Of a stretch of 64,000 nt of DNA, positions 1-10,288 are shown one piece after another (positions within the stretch are counted from its first letter, which is position 1; each line of letters opens with the position of its first letter). The notes below the pieces were generated by a model. It saw nothing but the letters and a program-made list of their open reading frames with translations, ran no database searches and had not been told where the DNA came from. Made by a program: the position numbers and the translations under genes. This DNA is from Nitrospirota bacterium (GTDB lineage Bacteria; Nitrospirota; Nitrospiria; Nitrospirales; Nitrospiraceae): assembly GCA_963701855.1 (NCBI GenBank), contig CAVPBK010000006.1, positions 864,001 through 928,000 of the forward strand. Direction: 5' to 3'.

Positions 1-1260
1 TGGCGTGCCGACGCGAGCGCAGAAGGGGGTTCGGGGGTGTCGTACGACTCCCCCGATTTCGCATACGGCCAGAGAACGGATGACGGACATGGAATCGCTC
101 ACACAAGACCGTTGCGAATTGCTCCCGGCCTCGCTTGACGGCTGGATGGTACCTCCGCATACTCTCCCCCGGCGAAGTCGTGGTCGTGGCAGGGACCGGA
201 GAGGCAATGCCATGACGTAACAGTTAGTAGATCTCGTAGAGCAGTTTTGTCAGTACCAACTCAAACGGCGCGGCAAAACGGAAGGAGGGGTGCAAAGCTA
301 TCGCTGGGTGCTCGAACAGTTTCTAATTTTTGTCAGATCCCGACATGGACGGTTGGCTCGCGCCACTGACCTCACGCTATCATCGATTCAGATGTGGATG
401 GACGACATGGCTAGCTGTGATCTTGCCCTGAGTACGATGCGTTCGCGTCAATCGACGCTGTCGAGCTTCTGTGGTTGGCTCGTGAAGCGGGGCGTGCTTC
501 AGGCGAATCCCGTCGCGGCGATGGACCGACCACCGCACCGAATGGAACCACCGCGACAAGTGCCGACACCGGCCCTCATGGATGCATTGATCGCTGCGGC
601 TCAGCAACGCCAGCGGCCTCGTGATATCGCCATCTTTCTGATCATGCGGTACACAGGGATGCGGCGCGAGTCGGTCGCGACGCTTCAGGTGCGACACCTC
701 GACGGCACTTGGGGCCTTCGGCGGGTACGCGTCAAAGGCGGACAGACGCGGGACATTCCGTTGCCGGAAAGCGTGATGACGTATCTCCATACCTACGTCG
801 AACGGCTGACTGACGCCATGGGTCAGATCGGGCTGGAGACCCCGCTATTCTGGTCTCTGTGGGGACGGCGAACTGTTGGGAAGAGTCGAGCACCGATGCA
901 GGGGAAAAATATCTGGCGGCTCTGCAAAACCTATGGGCGGCTCATTGGGTACCCGATGCTGAAACCTCATGATTTGCGTCATGGGGTCGCGATGGAGGTG
1001 CTGGAGCAACAGCATGACTTGGAGCAGGTTCGAGCCTTGCTCGGGCATTCGCGCATCGACACGACCCAAATCTACACCATGATTCGGCCTACGCGGTTGA
1101 AGCAAGTGGTGTCGTTTTATGAAGAGCCGGCGAGACGGATGCTGACGAGTTAGAGCAGAGGTGCCAGTCCATGTTTAAGGACCAACCCCAATGGTCCTCA
1201 AACATGAATGTAAAAATACTTCGTAAAAACAATGTGGTGGTCCCAACGGGATTTGAACCC
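1..1260. mobile_element. Right end of a tRNA-Glu-integrated element (extends beyond the left edge of the window)
   Basis: Integrase ends about 80 bp from the tRNA 3' end; AT-rich spacer at 1200-1234; partner att site not in window. Confidence 0.6.
290..1153 (+). CDS. Tyrosine recombinase/integrase (XerC/D-like); the true start is probably ATG 212, interrupted by an in-frame TAA at 218-220
   Basis: Catalytic motifs YTGMR, VKGG, HDLRH, LLGH and TQIY; converges on the tRNA-Glu 3' end. Confidence 0.9.
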   Translation: MQSYRWVLEQFLIFVRSRHGRLARATDLTLSSIQMWMDDMASCDLALSTMRSRQSTLSSFCGWLVKRGVLQANPVAAMDRPPHRMEPPRQVPTPALMDALIAAAQQRQRPRDIAIFLIMRYTGMRRESVATLQVRHLDGTWGLRRVRVKGGQTRDIPLPESVMTYLHTYVERLTDAMGQIGLETPLFWSLWGRRTVGKSRAPMQGKNIWRLCKTYGRLIGYPMLKPHDLRHGVAMEVLEQQHDLEQVRALLGHSRIDTTQIYTMIRPTRLKQVVSFYEEPARRMLTS

Positions 1261-1312
1261 GTGTTTAAGCCTTGAGAGGGCTCCGTCCTAGGCCAGGCTA
1301 GACGATGGGACC
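1235..1312 (-). tRNA. tRNA-Glu(CTC)
   Basis: Reverse complement GGTCCCATCGTCTAGCCTGGCCTAGGACGGAGCC-CT-CTC-AA-GGCTT...GGTTCAAATCCCGTTGGGACCACCA; encoded CCA. Confidence 0.95.
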
Positions 1313-1540
1313 GGACCATCAAAGATGCGTGTTCAACATGACACGCTAGCACAGGGGCTTTTCATTTTTCAATTCCTAAAGATTCTGAACAGTTCTCAGA
1401 TTTCAACTCACAAGTTCATCCGTGACTTGACAGAGACGGCGGTATAGCCTACCTTGCAAAAACACACGTTGCGGGCCTCTGGGAGGGGAAATTCTTCTAT
1501 CGTCGGCCCCCTCTTCTCATCAGCAGACGCATGGTAGAGC

Positions 1541-2077
1541 ATGTACAATCCGCTCCAAATCAAGGCTATCGGCATCACAGACTCTCCGGAACTGATCGAC
1601 ATCGAGAAGCCCGAACAGGGCCTTGAGCTGCATGTCGGCTCGAATGTTTTTCGAAATACGAACGGCGTCGTCAAGCTTCAAGGCAAGGAGCAGATGGTAT
1701 TGGAAGCACAGTCCCAGCCATTGGCGTTGCTCTTGACGATGGACCTATACGATGAGCAGGGAACCCGCGTCGGCCATATCCGACGGAATGCGCTCTCGGC
1801 ACATAGCGCGGGCCGTTTCACCATCAACGTAAAGGCCGGCGACGAGACAACCCCGGATGACCCCCCTTCAGTTACCGTAGCAGACCGAACAACCGGACAC
1901 ACGGTGTTCGAAGCCTGCCTCATGCAGAGAAGAAAAATTCGCATAATCGTGGGGCACTTTTATAGCCATAAGGGCGAATTAGTCACCGTCAGCCCACACT
2001 ACTGCCGCATCGGCACCGGTCTCACTCTATTCGGCGATGTAGCGGAAAGCCGTGGCAGCGCGGCAGCAATCGGTTAA
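1541..2077 (+). CDS. Hypothetical protein (beta-rich)
   Basis: 178-aa ORF filling the gap, with protein-like composition; no recognised motif. Confidence 0.7.
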   Translation: MYNPLQIKAIGITDSPELIDIEKPEQGLELHVGSNVFRNTNGVVKLQGKEQMVLEAQSQPLALLLTMDLYDEQGTRVGHIRRNALSAHSAGRFTINVKAGDETTPDDPPSVTVADRTTGHTVFEACLMQRRKIRIIVGHFYSHKGELVTVSPHYCRIGTGLTLFGDVAESRGSAAAIG

Positions 2078-2184
2078 TCCGCCCTCAATAAACTCCATCC
2101 TCAACTCACGTGTGTCCGCTCCCCCGCATTGAGAGAGCGACAACAGGCAGCCACCCTGGTTCCTTGTTGAAAAACGCATCCTTT

Positions 2185-2212
2185 TTGACAAGGCGACGGA
2201 CTCCCGTACAAT
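2185..2212 (+). promoter_or_regulatory. sigma70-type promoter of a probably leaderless gene
   Basis: TTGACA-N16-TACAAT followed 6 nt later by ATG 2219; no SD sequence. Confidence 0.7.
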
Positions 2213-2218
2213 GGCAAT

Positions 2219-2632
2219 ATGTCAGACGTCGTAAAGCCAAGCGTACAAGCCTTCTTGGTCTGCGACCAGGTCATTGAGGACAGCGTCACCAAGAAGAAAA
2301 GCCTTATCGGCCTTTTCACACATCTGCAGGCCGTAAACTTCCCCTTCCAGCACTCACAAATGGGACTGTATTTCTGCCTCACCGATGCCGAAGGGACGTA
2401 TCACTTCGACATCGATTTGATTTACCTCAACAACGAACAGCTGGTCTGCCGGGCCACCCTTCCAAATATTGCCATCGTCGACCGCCTTCAAATTTCAGAT
2501 TTCGGGATCAATATCCCCTCACTGGTCTTTCCCGCTCCTGGACGCTACGAGTTTCGCCTGCGCATGGAAGGGCATCTCATCGCGCAGAAAGACTTCAGCG
2601 TGATGCAGATGCCGACTCACCAAACCGCGTAG
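2219..2632 (+). CDS. Conserved hypothetical protein (DUF6941-like)
   Basis: AFLVCDQVIED...KKSLIGLF and FPAPGRYEFRL pattern. Confidence 0.7.
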   Translation: MSDVVKPSVQAFLVCDQVIEDSVTKKKSLIGLFTHLQAVNFPFQHSQMGLYFCLTDAEGTYHFDIDLIYLNNEQLVCRATLPNIAIVDRLQISDFGINIPSLVFPAPGRYEFRLRMEGHLIAQKDFSVMQMPTHQTA

Positions 2633-2758
2633 TGCTCAGTTCGCGTCAACGTCTTCCCTCTCCGATAAACCTTCTCCCATGGACCTCTCTTGTGATAGAA
2701 CAGCCGACAACGACCCAATTCGCGCATGTCTTGTCCACAGAGGAGTCATTGCTTTTTC

Positions 2759-4453
2759 GTGTCTGAACCGACTGGCGCTTCAAACTTTATCCGCGAGATA
2801 GTAGCCGCCGATCTCGCCGCCGGCAAACATGGCGGACGAATCGTTACGCGCTTTCCACCTGAACCGAATGGCTACCTCCATATCGGTCACGCAAAATCTA
2901 TCTGCCTGAACTTCAGCTTGGCAAACGACATTTCAGGAGGTATCTGTCACCTGCGATTCGACGATACCAATCCAACCACCGAAGATCCTGAATATGTTCA
3001 AGCCATTCAGGACGACGTCCGATGGCTGGGATTCGATTGGCATGAGAAGATGTTTTTCTCCTCGGACTATTTCGAGCAGCTGTACGACTCTGCAGTCCTG
3101 CTGATCTGTAAGGGCAAAGCCTACATCGACACGTTGACAGCCGAAGAGATGCGTGCCTATCGCGGCACACTCACGGAGCCGGGGAAAAACAGCCCCTCCC
3201 GCACTCGCTCCGTCGACGAAAACCTTGACCTCTTTCGACGCATGCGCGCAGGAGAATTCGCCGATGGAACCCACGTCCTCCGAGCCAAGATCGACATGGC
3301 CTCACCCAATATCAACCTGCGTGACCCAGTCCTCTATCGCATCAGGCACGCGACACATTATCGAACAGGAAGCAGTTGGTGCCTGTACCCGGCCTACGAC
3401 TATGCGCACCCCCTTTCTGACGCGATCGAGGGAATCACGCACTCAATCTGCACCTTGGAATTTGAAGATCACCGGCCTCTCTACGATTGGGTCGTCGAGC
3501 AGGCTGAAGCACCGCACAGGCCGCAGCAGATCGAATTTGCTCGCTTGAATATGACCTATACCGTCATGAGCAAGCGGAAACTGCTCGAGTTGGTCGAAAA
3601 GAAACTGGTGAACGGATGGGATGACCCACGACTGCCGACGATCAAAGGACTTCGTCGCCGTGGATATACCCCAGAGGCGATTCGGGCCTTCTGCGACCAT
3701 ATCGGTATAGCCAAGCGCGAAGCCATCGTCGAAATGCAGCTGCTCGAACACTTTATTCGCGAAGATCTGAACAAGCGAGCGCCTCGAGTAATGGCCGTGT
3801 TGCGGCCGCTCAAAATCATCCTCGACAACTATCCCGAGGACCAGTCCGAAGAATTGGAAGCCGTCAACAATCCGGAAGATTCGTCTGCAGGGACGAGGAA
3901 CGTCCCCTTTTCACGCGTCCTTTATATTGAACAAGACGATTTCCATGAGGATCCGCCCAAACAATTTTTCAGGCTTGCCCCGGGACGCGAAGTGCGACTC
4001 AGGTACGCCTACATCATCAAATGTGTCGGAGTGAAAAAAGATCCACTGACCGGCGAGATTATCGAACTACATTGCACCTACGACCCCACAACCAAGAGCG
4101 GCGCCTCCCAGGAACAGCGCAAGGTGAAGGCTACCATCCATTGGGTCTCAGCAGCCCATGCTGTAAACGCCGAAGTCCGACTCTACAGCCCCCTCTTGGT
4201 GACAGATCTGGGGAAGATTCCGCCAGACCACGATTGGACAACCTATCTCAACCCCGACTCATTGGAGCGAGTCACGGGCTGTCTGGTTGAGCCCAGTTTG
4301 CGGCAGACAGTACCAGGCACTCGGTATCAATTCGAGCGCCTGGGATACTTCTGCACCGACCCTGACTCGGCCTCCGGCACACTGATATTTAACCGCACGG
4401 TGTCGCTCAAAGACGCTTGGGCAAAGATCCAAAAAGCTCAGCCAACCCGGTAA
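2759..4453 (+). CDS. glnS: Glutamine--tRNA ligase
   Basis: [26 protein letters not shown] (HIGH), [14 protein letters not shown] and QFERLGYF; likely GTG start at 2759. Confidence 0.97.
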   Translation: MSEPTGASNFIREIVAADLAAGKHGGRIVTRFPPEPNGYLHIGHAKSICLNFSLANDISGGICHLRFDDTNPTTEDPEYVQAIQDDVRWLGFDWHEKMFFSSDYFEQLYDSAVLLICKGKAYIDTLTAEEMRAYRGTLTEPGKNSPSRTRSVDENLDLFRRMRAGEFADGTHVLRAKIDMASPNINLRDPVLYRIRHATHYRTGSSWCLYPAYDYAHPLSDAIEGITHSICTLEFEDHRPLYDWVVEQAEAPHRPQQIEFARLNMTYTVMSKRKLLELVEKKLVNGWDDPRLPTIKGLRRRGYTPEAIRAFCDHIGIAKREAIVEMQLLEHFIREDLNKRAPRVMAVLRPLKIILDNYPEDQSEELEAVNNPEDSSAGTRNVPFSRVLYIEQDDFHEDPPKQFFRLAPGREVRLRYAYIIKCVGVKKDPLTGEIIELHCTYDPTTKSGASQEQRKVKATIHWVSAAHAVNAEVRLYSPLLVTDLGKIPPDHDWTTYLNPDSLERVTGCLVEPSLRQTVPGTRYQFERLGYFCTDPDSASGTLIFNRTVSLKDAWAKIQKAQPTR

Positions 4454-4565
4454 CAAACCGGCAATCTTCCCCCGTTCGCCAGGACTCTCCCAGAACTCAC
4501 CTCTCTTTCCGGCCTGTTGCAACCACTTTACAGACTCAGCGTCCCTGCTATGCTTGAGCTAACTG

Positions 4566-5270
4566 GTGAAAACCAATGACAGGAGCGATTTTACAGTGAC
4601 AACCATCTTCAACCTGCAACTCTTAAGACTCACACATCTATTGTTTCTCTCGGGAATGGCGGCTGGATTAACCATGGCATCTCCTTCGTTGGCCACACCC
4701 ACACCAAACGGGATTAAATCGAGCGCGACCGAAGCGGTGAGGGGTACGATCAACGACCTGATCCAAGTCCTCAATGACGAAACTTTGCAGCAACCGGAAC
4801 AAGCCGAAGAACGGCGGCATGAAATCGAAGAAATCATCAAACATCGCGTGGATTATGGGGAAATGGCAAAACGTGCACTGGGAGCCTCCTGGTACACGCT
4901 TTCCCATCGAGACCAGCACGAGTTCGTCAGTCTCTTCGTGCAACTCCTTCGAGACACATTTGTGGGCCGCATTACCGAACATTCCGACGAACAGGTGGTA
5001 TTCCTGGGGGAACTTCGAGAGGGTGCCTTTGCCGAAGTCAAAGCGCAATTGAAAGGACGGAAGATCGACACGCCGGTCGACTTTCGCCTGATTCACCGTG
5101 CGCACGAATGGCGGGTCTACGACGTGGTCATTGATGGAGCCAGCATCGTGAGCAATTACCGTTCACAATTCACTAACATTATTCGTGACGTCTCGTATGT
5201 CGGGCTGGTTAATAAGATGAAAAAGCGAGCGATTGCCGTAACGGTTTTCGAAAAATCTTCGGTGCCGTAA
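4566..5270 (+). CDS. MlaC/Ttg2D-family phospholipid-binding periplasmic protein
   Basis: Signal-like N-terminus, MAKRALGASW and WRVYDVVIDGASIVSNYRSQF; start uncertain. Confidence 0.85.
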   Translation: MKTNDRSDFTVTTIFNLQLLRLTHLLFLSGMAAGLTMASPSLATPTPNGIKSSATEAVRGTINDLIQVLNDETLQQPEQAEERRHEIEEIIKHRVDYGEMAKRALGASWYTLSHRDQHEFVSLFVQLLRDTFVGRITEHSDEQVVFLGELREGAFAEVKAQLKGRKIDTPVDFRLIHRAHEWRVYDVVIDGASIVSNYRSQFTNIIRDVSYVGLVNKMKKRAIAVTVFEKSSVP

Positions 5271-5394
5271 CCCCTCCCTCTCGCAACCGTCATACAGTTT
5301 CCATGTTTTGCTTTACCGTAGTACTTGGTTTGCTAGACTCGCCTGAGTATAAGTGCCGGTATGACGAGGGGCCTCAAACCGGATGGAGGACCAC

Positions 5395-5730
5395 ATGATT
5401 GAGTGCCGAGAATATCCACGAATCCCCGTTGACATGCAGGTCTTCTTCTCCAGCACCAACAAAACAGACATTCGCGAAGGCACCATGTTCGATCTGTCTG
5501 CCAGAGGATGCGCCGTCACCAGCATGTCGTCGGTTCAGCCCGGTACAGCGGTGAGAATTCTCATCAGGGCGACCGATCTGGGTTCACCCATTACGATTGA
5601 GTCCGCCGCAGTCCGTTGGAGTGCGGGTGGGGAGTTTGGAGTCGAATTCCTCGGCCTCTCAGAGATCGATCAGCGCCGCTTGCATCGGTTGCTGCAACTC
5701 ACCACTACGCCTCAAATCCGCCCGAGTTGA
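5395..5730 (+). CDS. PilZ-domain (c-di-GMP-binding) protein
   Basis: RxxxR (REYPR), DxSxxG (DLSARG) and GVEF; SD GGAGG upstream. Confidence 0.85.
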   Translation: MIECREYPRIPVDMQVFFSSTNKTDIREGTMFDLSARGCAVTSMSSVQPGTAVRILIRATDLGSPITIESAAVRWSAGGEFGVEFLGLSEIDQRRLHRLLQLTTTPQIRPS

Positions 5731-5772
5731 CCGCTGGTCAATCCCGGCATTCACCATGGTACAATGCCGGGC

Positions 5773-5976
5773 ATGGTCTGTCCCCTCTGCCACCAGCCGA
5801 GCACCTGGGAAAACAACTCCTGGCGCCCCTTCTGTTCTGAGCGATGTCAAGTGACCGACCTCGGCGCCTGGGCAACGCAACGTTACCGTATACCTAGCTC
5901 CATTCTCACGATGGACACCTCACTCCCCGACTCGTTGGCGGGAGACGACGACACAGAGTTACAGCAAAACAGTTAA
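5773..5976 (+). CDS. yacG: DNA gyrase inhibitor YacG
   Basis: CPLC...WRPFCSERCQVTDLGAWA zinc motif; TACAAT 7 nt upstream of ATG 5773. Confidence 0.88.
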   Translation: MVCPLCHQPSTWENNSWRPFCSERCQVTDLGAWATQRYRIPSSILTMDTSLPDSLAGDDDTELQQNS

Positions 5977-6179
5977 TCAACAGTTCAAGTACAGATCGTC
6001 TAACTTCCCACTGGACCCAATCAGCAATCCTCACCCACAATTCCACTGGCGGCACGATACAGCAACTGCGCGAGACGCGGATTGACGCCGCCCTCGTTCG
6101 CACGTTACAGACTTGGCAAGCCCACGGCATCTTGATATGGTCACGCTCGAACCAGGCCCTCTCACAAGGAGCACAAACC

Positions 6180-7223
6180 ATGTTGCCGACTAAAGGCTAT
6201 GCCGCGGTGACCGCCAAAGCTGCACTGCAACACTTTTCGTTCGAGCGGCGTGATGTCGGCCCTCATGATGTGCTCATTACCATCACCCACTGTGGCATCT
6301 GCCACTCGGATATTCATCAAGCCCGTGACGAATGGGGCGGATCGATTTTCCCCATGGTGCCCGGCCATGAAATCGTCGGTACCGTGGCACACGTTGGAGC
6401 TGCGGTGATGAAATTCAAAACAAGCGACCGCGTTGGTGTCGGCTGCTTCGTCGATTCCTGCCGTACCTGTGGGCCCTGTCGAGAGGGATCAGAGCAGTAC
6501 TGCGAAGCCGGCATGCTCCTCACCTACAGCGGCCGGGACAAAAACGGCCAGCCTACGCAGGGTGGTTACTCCACACAGATTGTCGTAGATGAGCATTACG
6601 TACTGCGGATTTCTTCTTCCCTGTCGCCTGCCGGAGCAGCCCCACTTCTGTGCGCGGGAATTACAACCTACTCCCCGCTTCGCCACTGGGGCGTCGGAAG
6701 ATATCACAAACTTGCGGTGGTGGGATTGGGTGGACTGGGCCATATGGCTGTGAAGATCGGCAAGGCGCTCGGAACCGAAGTGACTGTCTTGAGCACCTCT
6801 GAACGGAAGCGAAAAGATGCAGAACGGTTGGGCGCCTTTGACTTCGCCCTCACTTCGCAGCCCGAAACATTCACCAGATTACAGAGGCGCTTTGATTTTA
6901 TTCTGGATACCGTTTCAGCCCCGCACAACTACAACGATTATGTTAATTTATTGAAAACCGACGGCACCATGATTCTCGTAGGCGTGCCAGACAAGCCGAC
7001 TCTGCTGGAGCCCTTTCCGCTCATTCTGCATCGTCGCCGCATTGCAGGATCCGTCATCGGCGGCATCCGAGAAACTCAAGAGATGCTCGACTTCTGCGCC
7101 ATGCATCACATCGAATCCGATATTGAAGTAATCCCGATTCAACAAGTAAACGAAGCCTACGAGAGAGTTATCAGCGGCGACGTGCGGTTTCGGTTTGTGA
7201 TTGATCTGGGGTCGCTCATGTGA
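6180..7223 (+). CDS. NADP-dependent zinc alcohol/aldehyde dehydrogenase (cinnamyl-ADH/YahK-like)
   Basis: CGICHSD, PGHEIVG, GVGCFVDSC..C..C, APLLCAGITTYSP and GLGGLG. Confidence 0.93.
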   Translation: MLPTKGYAAVTAKAALQHFSFERRDVGPHDVLITITHCGICHSDIHQARDEWGGSIFPMVPGHEIVGTVAHVGAAVMKFKTSDRVGVGCFVDSCRTCGPCREGSEQYCEAGMLLTYSGRDKNGQPTQGGYSTQIVVDEHYVLRISSSLSPAGAAPLLCAGITTYSPLRHWGVGRYHKLAVVGLGGLGHMAVKIGKALGTEVTVLSTSERKRKDAERLGAFDFALTSQPETFTRLQRRFDFILDTVSAPHNYNDYVNLLKTDGTMILVGVPDKPTLLEPFPLILHRRRIAGSVIGGIRETQEMLDFCAMHHIESDIEVIPIQQVNEAYERVISGDVRFRFVIDLGSLM

Positions 7224-7304
7224 ATGTTCTGGTACCGATCACGTCCCGGCAGAAGAACAGCGAGCCTTGAAACTAGTGTTGGTTTGAGGGCGATTATAGG
7301 AAAG

Positions 7305-7378
7305 TGGCTGGGGGACTAGGAATCGAACCTAGGTAGCCGGCTCCAAAGGCCGGCGTCCTACCGCTAGACGATCCCCCA
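7305..7378 (-). tRNA. tRNA-Gln(TTG)
   Basis: Reverse complement TGGGGGATCGTCTAGCGGTAGGACGCCGGC-CT-TTG-GA-GCCGG...GGTTCGATTCCTAGTCCCCCAGCCA. Confidence 0.95.
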
Positions 7379-7428
7379 GCGCGGTACGGCAGCGAATTGT
7401 AGATCGGGAACGGCAGGGAAAAGATTAT

Positions 7429-7502
7429 TGGCTGGGGGACTAGGAATCGAACCTAGGTAGTCAGATCCAGAGACTGACGTCCTACCGCTAGACGATCCCC
7501 CA
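7429..7502 (-). tRNA. tRNA-Gln(CTG)
   Basis: Near-identical body to the neighbouring tRNA, with anticodon loop CT-CTG-GA and CCA end. Confidence 0.95.
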
Positions 7503-7572
7503 ACCGACGTTCACAGTAATATACAGGTCTCGGTTCAGTCAAGATCGGTGCAACGTAGATGCAAGAGCTTCC

Positions 7573-8988
7573 TTAAGTGTGCGAGGCCCGCTTGATCCCC
7601 TGGCGAAGCCGAAACAGCGTCCGATCTCGCCCCAATACCTCCATCACGTCGAAAAGGCCCGGGCTGGCGGTGCGACCGGTCAGGGCAACGCGAACCGGCT
7701 GGGCCAGCTGCCCCATCTTCACCCCCTCTTCCTCGACCAGCTGCTTGAAGGCCTCTTCCCATTGCTGTTTTGAAAAGACAGGGAAAGCCTCGAAGCGAGT
7801 GAGCAATTTGCTGAGGATCGGCGCGATGGCCGGCGTCAAAAACTTCTTCGCCGCCTCTTCGTCACATGTCACAGCCTGCCCAAAATACGGCCTCACCCAA
7901 TCAACCATCTCCACGAGCGTTTTCGCCCGTTCCTTCACAAGGACGACGAGTTGCGCAAGCCAGCCGTCCGAGACAGCCTGACATTCCTCTGTTAATCCTT
8001 TTGCTTCCAGAAGAGGAACCAATGCTTGAGCAACCTGGGTCGGCGGACTGATCTTAATGTATTCAGAATTGACCCAGAGGAGTTTCTCGGGGTTGAACAC
8101 AGCTGCGGACGTTTGAACGTTCTTCCAGGAAAATTTCTCGATCAGATCCTGGCGAGTGAAGAGTTCCTGGTCTCCGTGTGACCACCCAAGCCGAACGAGA
8201 TAATTCACCATAGCATCCGGTAGATATCCCATGTCTTTATAGGCCATGATCGAGGTGGCCCCATGCCGCTTCGAAAGACGGGCTTTGTCCGGACCTAGAA
8301 TCATTGGCAGATGCCCGAACTGAGGGGCTGGAAACCCCAGCGCATGAAAGATTGGGACCTGCCTCGGTGTATTCGTCAGGTGATCGTCTCCCCGCACCAC
8401 ATGGGTGATCTGCATCAGCGCATCATCGACCACTACTGAAAAGTTGTATGTCGGGTAACCGTTCGAACGGAGAATGATCAGATCGTCCTGCACGACGTTA
8501 TCGAAGACAATCTTGCCCTTGATGAGATCGTCGACTACCGTCTCTCCCTCTTGCGGCGCCTTGAAACGTAGGGCCGCGTCACCGGTTTGATTTGTGAGGC
8601 CACGATCGCGGCAACGGCCGTCGTATTTCTGCGACAGTCCTTTGGCCTCAGCTTCCTTACGCCGCGCGTCGAGCTCTTCCGCTTTGCAGACACACCAATA
8701 GGCATGGCCATTTTCAAGAAGCTGCTTCGCATGACTGCTGTAGAGATCCATCCGTTCGGTCTGACGAAATGGGCCTTCATCCCAATCAAGCCCTACCCAT
8801 TTCATGCCTTCGATGATGGCCTGGATCGATTCGTCCGTCGACCGACTCTGATCCGTATCCTCAATACGGAGAATGAAAACCCCCTTCTGCTGGCGGGCAA
8901 ACAGCCAATTAAATAGAGCCGTGCGGACCCCTCCAATATGGAGAAACCCGGTCGGACTGGGTGCGAAGCGCACACGAACTTGTGTCAT
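7573..8988 (-). CDS. gltX: Glutamate--tRNA ligase
   Basis: VRFAPSPTGFLHIGG, LRIEDTD, ITHVVRGDDH and RLSKRH. Confidence 0.97.
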   Translation of the reverse strand: MTQVRVRFAPSPTGFLHIGGVRTALFNWLFARQQKGVFILRIEDTDQSRSTDESIQAIIEGMKWVGLDWDEGPFRQTERMDLYSSHAKQLLENGHAYWCVCKAEELDARRKEAEAKGLSQKYDGRCRDRGLTNQTGDAALRFKAPQEGETVVDDLIKGKIVFDNVVQDDLIILRSNGYPTYNFSVVVDDALMQITHVVRGDDHLTNTPRQVPIFHALGFPAPQFGHLPMILGPDKARLSKRHGATSIMAYKDMGYLPDAMVNYLVRLGWSHGDQELFTRQDLIEKFSWKNVQTSAAVFNPEKLLWVNSEYIKISPPTQVAQALVPLLEAKGLTEECQAVSDGWLAQLVVLVKERAKTLVEMVDWVRPYFGQAVTCDEEAAKKFLTPAIAPILSKLLTRFEAFPVFSKQQWEEAFKQLVEEEGVKMGQLAQPVRVALTGRTASPGLFDVMEVLGRDRTLFRLRQGIKRASHT

Positions 8989-9126
8989 ACTGGGCTCCCG
9001 TGTAAGTTCAGTCGAAAGCCGGCATCTCTATAGCATGCACGGAAAACTGTTGTACAGAATCGGACGACTCATGGCTCTTTCAACTGGGCCAGCCTTCTGA
9101 TAAGAGAGCAGGAAAGAGATCGCGTT

Positions 9127-9831
9127 ATGGCCGAACTCACGCATGAAGCAGCGGTGCTCTCGGTGAATGATCTCACCCCCCACGTTCGCCAGCTTGTACT
9201 TCTTCCTACCGTTCAGAACATTGCGTTTCATCCAGGCCAATGGGTTTCACTCAAACTGCCGGTCGGTGCCAAACCACCTCTCAATCGGGCGTATTCAATG
9301 GCAGCGCCGGGCACCCCGTCAGGTGAGTTGATCTTAATCTTTGATCGCGTACCGAGTGGCGTGGGATCGAACTATCTCTACACACTCAAACCCGGTGATG
9401 ACACACAGCTTTCAGGCCCCTATGGTAATTTTACGCTTCCGATGCTTCTTGATCGAGAATTGCTCCTGATTGCCCGTTACACCGGCCTCGTCCCGATCCG
9501 CTGCATGTTAAAGCATCTCTATGCACAACGACAGACGGCGACCATTCTCCTTATTGCCGTTGCCCCTGCGGAGGAAGAGCTGCTCTTTCATCAGGAACTA
9601 CTCACGCTGGCCATAACCCATCCAGGGTTTCGCTACCTTCCATTGGTGGCCGCTGGAGGGGAGCAGCAAGGTGTCGACCTCACGCTCTCCATGCTCAGGC
9701 CGTTGATTGAGGGAGCGCCGAAAGTCATCCCGATGCTCTGTGGCACGAAAGGCTTTGTGCGACCGTTGCGAGCCTATTTTGTGGAGGCGGGATATGACCG
9801 GAAAGCAGTGAAAACCGAGACCTATGATTAG
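9127..9831 (+). CDS. FAD-binding ferredoxin-reductase-family oxidoreductase
   Basis: FHPGQWV, RAYS, G.GSNYL, GPYGNF and LCG; NAD(P) loop atypical (ARYTG). Confidence 0.85.
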   Translation: MAELTHEAAVLSVNDLTPHVRQLVLLPTVQNIAFHPGQWVSLKLPVGAKPPLNRAYSMAAPGTPSGELILIFDRVPSGVGSNYLYTLKPGDDTQLSGPYGNFTLPMLLDRELLLIARYTGLVPIRCMLKHLYAQRQTATILLIAVAPAEEELLFHQELLTLAITHPGFRYLPLVAAGGEQQGVDLTLSMLRPLIEGAPKVIPMLCGTKGFVRPLRAYFVEAGYDRKAVKTETYD

Positions 9832-10244
9832 TGACCTTCTTTAACGAGATTCTTATTGACCGCTGGAATTTCAACCACAATATCTTTCGTGCCATTTGGC
9901 ACACATTGGCAACCAAGCCGTGACTGCAACGTGGTGATCGGCGCTTCTTCCAGCTGGTCAAATTCATCGTCTGTGCCTTCATTACAACTCTCAAGCCCTT
10001 GTTTCACGATGACGTGGCAAGTTGAACAGGCACAGACGCCCCCGCAAACATGTTCCAATGCAACGCCGTTGCCCATCGCCACGTCTAGGAGACTCCCTGG
10101 GAGCCCCGTCGGGCCGTAGGGGATCTTGGTTGGATCGACCTCAACCTTTGTCACCACACCGCCAGGGGCAATAAAGGTGACGGTATAGGATACTTGAGGA
10201 AGCTCGTAATCAGTTTTTTGAATATAGGGATTGGTCCCGCCCAT
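9828..10244 (-). CDS. fdx: ISC-type [2Fe-2S] ferredoxin
   Basis: HVCGGVCACSTCHV...SRLGCQ; divergent from the isc operon. Confidence 0.9.
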   Translation of the reverse strand: MGGTNPYIQKTDYELPQVSYTVTFIAPGGVVTKVEVDPTKIPYGPTGLPGSLLDVAMGNGVALEHVCGGVCACSTCHVIVKQGLESCNEGTDDEFDQLEEAPITTLQSRLGCQCVPNGTKDIVVEIPAVNKNLVKEGH

Positions 10245-10288
10245 ATGCCCGTTCCTTTCTCAGCCAGGCCTAACCTTATTTCCCATTC

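Noticed and set aside
7305..7502. Duplicated ~74-bp sequence as a possible att-site duplication
   Set aside because: Both copies are complete tRNA-Gln genes with different anticodons
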